Shown here in pieces: positions 16,545-22,845 of a stretch of 22,845 nt of DNA. The notes under the pieces are model-generated. The model searched no databases. It was not told the origin of the DNA and was given only the letters and a program-made list of their open reading frames with translations. Made by a program: the position numbers and the translations under genes. Every line of letters begins with the position of its first letter. Within the stretch, counting starts at the first letter, position 1. Source of the stretch: Candidatus Heimdallarchaeota archaeon (GTDB lineage: Archaea; Asgardarchaeota; Heimdallarchaeia; Heimdallarchaeales; Heimdallarchaeaceae); the NCBI GenBank assembly GCA_016839945.1, contig JAEOTE010000118.1, forward strand, positions 1 to 22,845, in the 5' to 3' direction.

Positions 16545-19259
16545 GTGAACAAAATGTCAGAAAAAAAGACAATTACAATAACAATGGATGGAAAAGCAAT
16601 TCATTGTAATCCTGAAAAAACTTACTATGAAGTTGCTAAAGAAAATGGCATTGAAATACCAACTTTATGTCACCATCCTGAATTAAAACCTGCAGGTAGA
16701 TGTAGAGTTTGTGTCATAGAAGTTGACGATGGTGAAAAAGTTAGAATTGCAGCTTCATGTAAAGAACAGGTAAAAGCAAATGTTGTAGTTAAAACAAATT
16801 CCGAGAGAATAAGGAAAACAAGAACTGCCTTGTTATCTAAAATGCTTAAATCTCACTCCCCAGATTGCGTTATTTGTAAAACAACTGACGGGTGTCTGGT
16901 TGTAAAACCAGCTAGAGAATATGTTATTGAAGAGATTGAAAGAGAAGAAAAAATAATAGAACTATCTGAAACAAACGAATTTTTTTCTCTCATATATGAG
17001 AATTGCATTAAATGTGGACTTTGTGAGAGAGTTGCGCATGAATTGCAGGTTTGTAATGTTATTTCTCTAGAAAAGGGGAAATTTGATGGCTATCCAAGTA
17101 CAAAAGATGGTGAAAGTTTTGAGAAATCAGGTTGTGTAACTTGTGGTAACTGCGTGGCTTTTTGTCCTACAGGTGCACTGGTGAACCACAATTTAAATGA
17201 AGTTAGAGATGAAGCAAACTTGCATCGCACTGTTACAATCTGTTCTTATTGTGGAGTTGGTTGTAATTTTGATCTTTATTCTGATTTAGACACTAACCTT
17301 TTAGCTTACGTTGATTCTAACCAGGATAATGTAGTTAATGGTATGGCTTTATGTGTAAAGGGACGTTACGGATGGGATTTTGTAAACCATCCAGACAGAT
17401 TAAATACTCCGCTTATCAAAAAGAACGGGGATTTTGTTGAAGCTTCTTGGGAAGAAGCATTTGATTTGATTGAAACAACATTAAAGAAGATTCGAGATGA
17501 AAGCGGTCCTGATTCCTTAGCTTTTCTCACTTCAGCTAAATGTACCAATGAGGAGAATTATCTGATGCAAAAACTCGCTAGAGTAGGAATTGGTACAAAT
17601 AATGTAGATCATTGTGCTCGTTTATGTCATGCATCTACAGTTACAGGATTAGTTCGCGCATTTGGATCAGGTGCTATGACTAACAGTATTTCCGATTTAA
17701 CAAATGATGCTGAGGTTATTTTCATTATTGGAAGCAATACCACAGAAGCTCATCCAGTAATTGGAATAAAAATTAAACAAGCTGTTATAACAGAAAAAAG
17801 TAAGCTAATAGTTGCAGATCCAAGGGAGATAGAGTTAGCGGATTATGCTGAAATCTATCTTCAACAAAAACCAGGATCTGATGTTGCATTAATCAATGCT
17901 ATGATGAAAGTGATTCTTGAAGAAAATCTTCATGATGAAGAATTCATAAAGAGCAGAACAGAGGGATTTGATGAGCTAAAAGAGGGTCTAAAAGAAGTAA
18001 ATCTTAGTGTATTGTGTAAAATAGCAAATGTTGCAGTAGAAGATTTGAGGAATGCTGCTCGATTATTTGCCAATGCAAAAACTGCTTCTATTGTATATTC
18101 AATGGGAATTACTCAGCACACAACAGGTACTGATAATGTTTTATCATTAGCTAATCTAGCTATGATTACTGGCAATATTGGCCGACCAGGTGCAGGCGTT
18201 AACCCTCTTAGAGGACAAAATAATGTTCAAGGGGCTTGTGATCTTGGAGGACTCCCTGATGTTTATCCAGGTTATCAAAGAGTGGTTGATTCTGAAGTAA
18301 AAACAAAGTTCGAAAAAGCTTGGGGATGCACTTTAGATGACAAAAATGGTCTAACTGTTGTCGAAATCATGAATGCAGCATATGATGGTGATATCAGAGG
18401 GATTTACATTATGGGTGAAAACCCAGCTCTATCTGATCCCAATGTTAATCATGTTCGTGAAGCTCTCGAAAAGGTAGAATTCCTTGTTGTTCAAGATCTT
18501 TTCATCACAGAAACAGCTAAATATGCAGACGTTATTCTACCTGGCATGTCTTTTGCGGAAAAGGATGGTACATACACAAACACAGAACGTCGAGTTCAAA
18601 GAGTTAGAAAAGCTATAGAACCTGAAGGAAATAGAATGGTTGATTGGAAAATACTTCAGAATATGCTTAATCGTTTTGGATTTGATACAACTTATGATTC
18701 ACCTAGAAACATTATGGATGAAATCGCTTCAGTTTCCCCTATTTACGCAGGAATTAGTTATGACCGCATAGAGAAAGTTGGACTGCAATGGCCATGTACT
18801 GATAAAGAGCATTCTGGTACCAAAATTCTACATCAAAAGCAATTTGCACGTGGAAAAGGCAAATTCCATAAAATTCCATATCTTGATCCTGCTGAATTAC
18901 CTGATGAGGAATTCCCACTCATTCTTACAACAGGAAGAATTCTTTATCACTTCCATACTGGTGAAATGTCAAGAAGATCAAAAGGTTTGCATGAAAGAAG
19001 ACCCATTGAACGTAGCGAAATAAACGTCAAGGATGCAAAGAATTTAGGTATCAAAGATGGAGATAAGATGATTGTTGAATCAAGAAGAGGAAAAGTAGAG
19101 ACGGTAGCTAGAGTGACTGACAGAATTCAAGAAGGAGTTGTCTTTATGTCTTTCCACTTTAAAGAATCAGCTGCTAATCTACTAACAAATGATGCTCTAG
19201 ATCCACATGCAAAAATACCTGAATTCAAATTTTGTGCAATTAAAGTTACAAAAAAATGA
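16545..19259 (+). CDS. fdhF: Formate dehydrogenase alpha subunit (Mo/W-bisPGD, Cys form) with N-terminal 2Fe-2S/4Fe-4S domains
   Basis: IPTLCH...CRVC, HSPDCVIC, CIKCGLC, CVTCGNC...CP, CSYCGVGC...LCVKG, DHCARLCH, PLRGQNNVQG; alternative ATG at 16554. Confidence 0.93.
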   Translation: MNKMSEKKTITITMDGKAIHCNPEKTYYEVAKENGIEIPTLCHHPELKPAGRCRVCVIEVDDGEKVRIAASCKEQVKANVVVKTNSERIRKTRTALLSKMLKSHSPDCVICKTTDGCLVVKPAREYVIEEIEREEKIIELSETNEFFSLIYENCIKCGLCERVAHELQVCNVISLEKGKFDGYPSTKDGESFEKSGCVTCGNCVAFCPTGALVNHNLNEVRDEANLHRTVTICSYCGVGCNFDLYSDLDTNLLAYVDSNQDNVVNGMALCVKGRYGWDFVNHPDRLNTPLIKKNGDFVEASWEEAFDLIETTLKKIRDESGPDSLAFLTSAKCTNEENYLMQKLARVGIGTNNVDHCARLCHASTVTGLVRAFGSGAMTNSISDLTNDAEVIFIIGSNTTEAHPVIGIKIKQAVITEKSKLIVADPREIELADYAEIYLQQKPGSDVALINAMMKVILEENLHDEEFIKSRTEGFDELKEGLKEVNLSVLCKIANVAVEDLRNAARLFANAKTASIVYSMGITQHTTGTDNVLSLANLAMITGNIGRPGAGVNPLRGQNNVQGACDLGGLPDVYPGYQRVVDSEVKTKFEKAWGCTLDDKNGLTVVEIMNAAYDGDIRGIYIMGENPALSDPNVNHVREALEKVEFLVVQDLFITETAKYADVILPGMSFAEKDGTYTNTERRVQRVRKAIEPEGNRMVDWKILQNMLNRFGFDTTYDSPRNIMDEIASVSPIYAGISYDRIEKVGLQWPCTDKEHSGTKILHQKQFARGKGKFHKIPYLDPAELPDEEFPLILTTGRILYHFHTGEMSRRSKGLHERRPIERSEINVKDAKNLGIKDGDKMIVESRRGKVETVARVTDRIQEGVVFMSFHFKESAANLLTNDALDPHAKIPEFKFCAIKVTKK

Positions 19260-19271
19260 TATCATCGATAT

Positions 19272-20282
19272 TTACAAAATTCGGGGTATAATTCCCATTT
19301 TTTTCTTAAGTTTTGAAATTTCTTTCAATTTTTCTTGATCAGTTGGTCTAGAACAAAATTCAATTTGGTCTTGCAAAGCATGAAGAGCAAGAAAATTCAT
19401 GTTCTCATCTAACCAATATCTATATTCACTTTCTAAAACATCGTATGCTAATCTTTGAAACTCTCTTGAATTAAGCTTCGAATTTTGTTTTAAATACAAG
19501 AATAGAAGAAAAGAAAAATAATAATGCTCATTCTCCACAAGTTTATGAACTAGTTCTTGAAAGTCTTCTTCGATCAAACTTAGATTAATTTTTGGTAGAT
19601 CCTTTCTTATAATTAATCGTGGTTCTGGTAAATCTATTGCTGCAGAATCGTAGGAAGGTTTCTCTATTGATAAATCTGATTGGACATTAATATTTGTAAA
19701 AATATATGATGGCAATTGATTAGTTTTAATTATGTTATCTATGTTGTATAATAGAATTTGAGGACATATTCTAATTAAAACATCTGCTCGTGAGAGCGGT
19801 AATTGATCAATTTCCAGTGGAAAATAGAACCTTTCTCCATATGATGCTAAAAGTGGTTCTAGTAAACCATTATCATAATGTAAAAGGCTGATACCCTTTT
19901 CTAGATGGTTTGTTTTGTTTAACAAATTAAGGTCAATAAAGGGACGATCAACAGATATGAATTGAATATTTTTATCTTGATTTTCTTTTATCGTTGAAAT
20001 TATACCTCTTAAAACTCCCTTTATTTTCATTTTTTTATCAATAATTATTCTTGATGGTTGATTCTTTTCTATTCCCAATATTTGTTCGTATTTGTTCTTC
20101 CTCTCCAGAGAGTTCACAGACACAGAAACCTCATCATAGAATTGAAACCCTCTCTTTATCAGATCTAGTAAAATTGGGACATTGTTAATTGATAGAAGCG
20201 CTTTATCTATGAATTGACCTTCTTTGTCTTGGTATCTTCTAGAAAAACCTCCTGCTAGAATCGCCAAAACATTATCTTGCAT
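19272..20282 (-). CDS. mobA: Molybdenum cofactor guanylyltransferase-like protein with C-terminal extension
   Basis: ILAGGFSRR...DKALL, G.L.GI, VDRPFI, EPLLA.Y, FTNIN; convergent with fdhF. Confidence 0.75.
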   Translation of the reverse strand: MQDNVLAILAGGFSRRYQDKEGQFIDKALLSINNVPILLDLIKRGFQFYDEVSVSVNSLERKNKYEQILGIEKNQPSRIIIDKKMKIKGVLRGIISTIKENQDKNIQFISVDRPFIDLNLLNKTNHLEKGISLLHYDNGLLEPLLASYGERFYFPLEIDQLPLSRADVLIRICPQILLYNIDNIIKTNQLPSYIFTNINVQSDLSIEKPSYDSAAIDLPEPRLIIRKDLPKINLSLIEEDFQELVHKLVENEHYYFSFLLFLYLKQNSKLNSREFQRLAYDVLESEYRYWLDENMNFLALHALQDQIEFCSRPTDQEKLKEISKLKKKMGIIPRIL

Positions 20283-20356
20283 TATAAAAAAACTATCATA
20301 GAGTTTTAAATCATTTTTTGTGCAAGAGTATTGTATTCTGAATAAATTTGAGATTC

Positions 20357-20391
20357 AAAATAAAAAAGAAACGTAATGGGGATAAATCCCC
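20357..20391 (-). terminator. Hairpin plus U-tract downstream of the Pro/Glu-rich gene
   Basis: Minus strand GGGGATTTATCCCC hairpin (20378-20391) followed by TTTCTTTTTTATTTT. Confidence 0.55.
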
Positions 20392-20409
20392 TGTTAAATT
20401 AAAATAAAA

Positions 20410-21783
20410 TTATTCAGGAGTTGAATTCTCATCTTTAGGAGTAATTTCCTCTTCAACTGCTTTTTCTACAGCTTCTTTGATTTCATCCATAGATTCTTCA
20501 ACAACTTCTTCTGCAATTTTTTCGATTTGTTCTTCAGAGATGTCACCAACAACTTCGCTTAATTCTTCAGCGACTTCTTCTACAATTTCCTCTGTAGCTT
20601 CTTCTACAACTTCTTCAATAACCTCTTCAAGTGTTCTGCCTTCTTCTAGAGATTCTTCTATCTCTTCCGCAATTTCTTCTTTGACTTCTTCTGCTACTTC
20701 TTCAACTATATCGTCAATTTTTTCTCTGACAGCTTCTTCATCGATATCTTCTGCAACTTCAATTGTTTTTTCAACAACTTCTTCAACAACTTTTTCAACA
20801 ACTTCATCAACAAGCTCTTCAGCAGGTTTTTCAAGAGTTTCTTCTATTGTTTCTTCAGCTAATTCCTCTACTACCTCTTCAACAGCTTCTTCGACTGCTT
20901 CTTCAACAACCGCATCATAGCTTTTCTCTATAACTTCTTCAACAGCAGGCTCGGTTTCACTTACTGGTGTGATTGGAGGTACTGTTTCAAAAGTAGGTTT
21001 GAGTGTGGGTTCTGGCTCTGGCTCGGGTTCAAAAACTGGTTCTGGTTCTGGCTCTGGCTCGGGTTCAGGCTCGGGTTCAGGCTCGGGTTCAGGCTCGGGT
21101 TCAGGCTCGGGTTCAGGCTCGGGTTCAAAAACTGGCTCTGGCTCGGGTTCAGGCTCAGGCTCGGGTTTAGGTTCTGGTTGGAAAGTAAGAGTACTAGGTT
21201 CCAATTTTTCGGGTTCGGGCTCAATTGTAGGTTCTGGAGTGGGTTCAAGCATTGGTCCTGGAGGAGGATATTCTCTTGGTGGCAGAAGTTTTTCTTCAGC
21301 TACTTCTTGTGGTTTTTCCTCTGGGACGGGAATTTCTCCTTCTTTGTCTATTCGAGCATGAACGGTTGTTGGAAACGATTCCTCTCGTGAATCTCCTTGA
21401 AAACCTCCCAAATCAGTTTCAATGTATTTCTCTTGAACTGTTTTATTCAAATCACCGATATTGTCTTCGGTTATTTGTTCTAGCAAGCATTGAATGCCAA
21501 CTCTTTCTCCTTCAGCTAGTAAGAATCCAGATCTACTTATTGTATCAGCTATTCTACGACCTGTTCTTTGAGCAACAAGTCCTAGATGACTACCGAAAAT
21601 TAAATGCCATTCTTGTTTATCTCTATTAAAGATTAACAAACCATCTAATCCTAATCCTGCAAGCTTACTGCTAATTTCTTTAGAGTCTGCATCCATTAAT
21701 TGTTGGTACTTAGTTTGTTCTTTAAGTTCCTTAAAATCTCCTGTGTTATGATAATATCCTAAGAAAGTGTTTCCTGGACTCAT
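20410..21783 (-). CDS. Acidic protein: putative divergent gelsolin-like N-domain, Pro/Glu repeat rod and Glu-rich helical C-domain
   Basis: Long ORF. The N-domain [34 protein letters not shown] follows the gelsolin strand-strand-G-helix pattern; PPPGP, (PE)n and hhEE repeats follow. Start at ATG 21783. Confidence 0.7.
   Translation of the reverse strand: MSPGNTFLGYYHNTGDFKELKEQTKYQQLMDADSKEISSKLAGLGLDGLLIFNRDKQEWHLIFGSHLGLVAQRTGRRIADTISRSGFLLAEGERVGIQCLLEQITEDNIGDLNKTVQEKYIETDLGGFQGDSREESFPTTVHARIDKEGEIPVPEEKPQEVAEEKLLPPREYPPPGPMLEPTPEPTIEPEPEKLEPSTLTFQPEPKPEPEPEPEPEPVFEPEPEPEPEPEPEPEPEPEPEPEPEPEPEPVFEPEPEPEPTLKPTFETVPPITPVSETEPAVEEVIEKSYDAVVEEAVEEAVEEVVEELAEETIEETLEKPAEELVDEVVEKVVEEVVEKTIEVAEDIDEEAVREKIDDIVEEVAEEVKEEIAEEIEESLEEGRTLEEVIEEVVEEATEEIVEEVAEELSEVVGDISEEQIEKIAEEVVEESMDEIKEAVEKAVEEEITPKDENSTPE
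21009..21180. repeat. Coding tandem repeat encoding (PE)n
   Basis: Six perfect GGCTCGGGTTCA copies at 21056-21127, degenerate flanks, and a duplicated PEPEPVFE unit. Confidence 0.92.
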
Positions 21784-21928
21784 ATTGTTACCCCTAGTTG
21801 TAACTTTAATTAGATGATTGCAATTTATTAAAAAAGGTATTCTCTTTAGGCAACGATTTGGTTCATATATCAAATTCAATTTAAGGTGAAGAGAAGCAGA
21901 GACTCTTGAAAATTCATGAAGAGGTTGA

Positions 21929-22390
21929 CTACGATAATGTTTCTTTTATTGAGGATGCTAGATTAAAACTGAATTCAGGATGGATTTGTGATAGTGTTAA
22001 GAATGATTCAGTTGATTGATAAAGAGTGTTTTCTATTGATTGGATATTAGATCCTACAATAGGAACGGAAGATGCAGGAAATACTAAGAATAGTAAAACA
22101 GGAAGAAATACTCCATTATCACTTTGATCATCAATGAGAACAAGATCAAAACCATAAACAAAATAATCTTCAGACAATTGAAATAAACCGCGAAAACGTC
22201 GTGTATTACTCATACTGTAGGGCAATCCGTTCATTAGAGTGGTAGTTCCCTTTATTGCTAGATTCATTAGTAGATTCTCTTCCAATTCTGAATTATTAGA
22301 TACAATAAGAGGACCAAGTTTAAGATCAAATTTAACTAATACAACTCCACAATTTACAAGACTCTCTTGCAAGAGTGAGCATGATGACAT
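21929..22390 (-). CDS. Putative longin/uDENN-like domain protein
   Basis: [13 protein letters not shown]-terminal hairpin motif, then a helix, three strands (GLFQL, FVYGF, LLFLVF) and C-terminal helices. Confidence 0.62.
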   Translation of the reverse strand: MSSCSLLQESLVNCGVVLVKFDLKLGPLIVSNNSELEENLLMNLAIKGTTTLMNGLPYSMSNTRRFRGLFQLSEDYFVYGFDLVLIDDQSDNGVFLPVLLFLVFPASSVPIVGSNIQSIENTLYQSTESFLTLSQIHPEFSFNLASSIKETLS

Positions 22391-22520
22391 TCTGACCAAT
22401 ATAATATTGTTTTAGTGATTTATAAGAAAAACAGACAGAGAGTGTTGAAAGTGAACAAAATATGATGGAGTTCTGAAATGATTTCCTAGTGGCGACAAAA
22501 AATTGCAACTGAATTAATAA

Positions 22521-22623
22521 TGGTGCGGGGAGGGAGATTCGAACTCCCGAACCACTAAGGACTGGATTTCTTACTTTTAATTAGTCCTAAGTCCAGCGCC
22601 TTTGACCACTCGGCAATCCCCGC
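22521..22623 (-). tRNA. tRNA-Leu: tRNA-Leu(TAG) with an 18-nt canonical 37/38 intron (22568-22585) and encoded CCA
   Basis: Acceptor GCGGGGA/TCCCCGC, CTGGA-CTTAGG|intron|A-TCCAG, BHB helix CTTA/TAAG, long variable arm, GGGAG-TTCGAAT-CTCCC. Confidence 0.95.
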
Positions 22624-22650
22624 GAGTGATGTAACAATCTATTAGTTGAT

Positions 22651-22666
22651 TTTTTTAAATTTATCC
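22651..22666 (-). promoter_or_regulatory. TATA-like promoter of tRNA-Leu
   Basis: Minus-strand GGATAAA-TTTAAAAAA about 30 nt upstream of G1. Confidence 0.45.
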
Positions 22667-22725
22667 GTCTTGTGCAAATAAGGATTTGTACAAATATTTT
22701 GATAAACATAATAAAACAAAGAAAA

Positions 22726-22833
22726 TGGTGCCTCGACCGGGATTCGAACCCGGGTCTGCGGATACTTCTGCTTTGTCACGCGGACTTCACATGTGAAAGT
22801 CCGCAATGATTGGCCGTGCTACACCATCGAGGC
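22726..22833 (-). tRNA. tRNA-Glu: tRNA-Glu(TTC) with a 30-nt anticodon-loop intron (38/39 or 37/38) and encoded CCA
   Basis: Acceptor GCCTCGA/TCGAGGC, Glu-type D arm GTGTAGCACGGCCAATCAT, GCGGA-CTTTCAC...TCCGC enclosing 37 nt, CCGGG-TTCGAAT-CCCGG. Confidence 0.92.
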
Positions 22834-22845
22834 AGAAATTTTACA

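Noticed and set aside
17605-17640. Selenocysteine in the FDH active site
   Set aside because: The motif is DHCARLCH with TGT Cys; there is no in-frame TGA
9-19023. Short ORFs 9-200, 1131-1325, 6727-7005, 8543-8734, 9312-9536, 9389-9580, 10684-10869, 11070-11297, 11837-12172, 13556-13774, 15619-15846, 17366-17548, 18778-19023
   Set aside because: Each lies wholly within a better-supported gene and has no recognisable motif
21056-21127. CRISPR array
   Set aside because: Contiguous 12-bp units with no spacers, inside a coding frame
20477-21629. Ser/Thr-rich, (GS)n and other overlapping ORFs (20477-20920, 20961-21248, 20969-21361, 21178-21390, 21252-21629)
   Set aside because: Antisense or alternate-frame shadows of the Glu/Pro repeats in the real minus-strand gene
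22521-22623. tRNA with TAG in the anticodon loop as an amber suppressor or tRNA-Pyl explaining the hyuB stop
   Set aside because: Anticodon UAG reads CUA (Leu); a suppressor needs anticodon CUA. The body is a standard Leu tRNA.
1-22845. Genome-wide TAG reassignment
   Set aside because: TAG ends gelsolin, nadX, argF, dtdA, the MTase and others at plausible C-termini; readthrough would run into convergent genes

Overview
AT-rich chromosomal segment, most likely from an Asgard archaeon (Heimdallarchaeia-like; inferred). The evidence is archaeal DtdA, intron-containing tRNAs with BHB-type motifs, a two-domain gelsolin, a probable longin/uDENN-like protein and a eukaryote-like OTC. Metabolic genes: hydantoinase/oxoprolinase A and B, tocopherol-cyclase-like protein, AKR, NadX, flavin-binding split barrel, SRPBCC, DUF362, ArgF, SDR, IlvC, FdhF-type formate dehydrogenase and MobA. 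There are three tRNA genes, each with an intron. Main points of interest: (1) a longin-like gene followed by a putative divergent gelsolin-domain protein with a Pro/Glu rod and a large acidic helical tail; (2) a 2-domain gelsolin whose 3' end is duplicated as a relic on the far side of the AKR gene; (3) one in-frame TAG splitting an otherwise intact hydantoinase B; (4) introns at non-canonical or ambiguous positions in tRNA-Phe and tRNA-Glu; (5) an orphan CTAG-type m4C methyltransferase in DNA that does not avoid CTAG. All family calls rest on motif recognition and recalled homologues; no database search was run.
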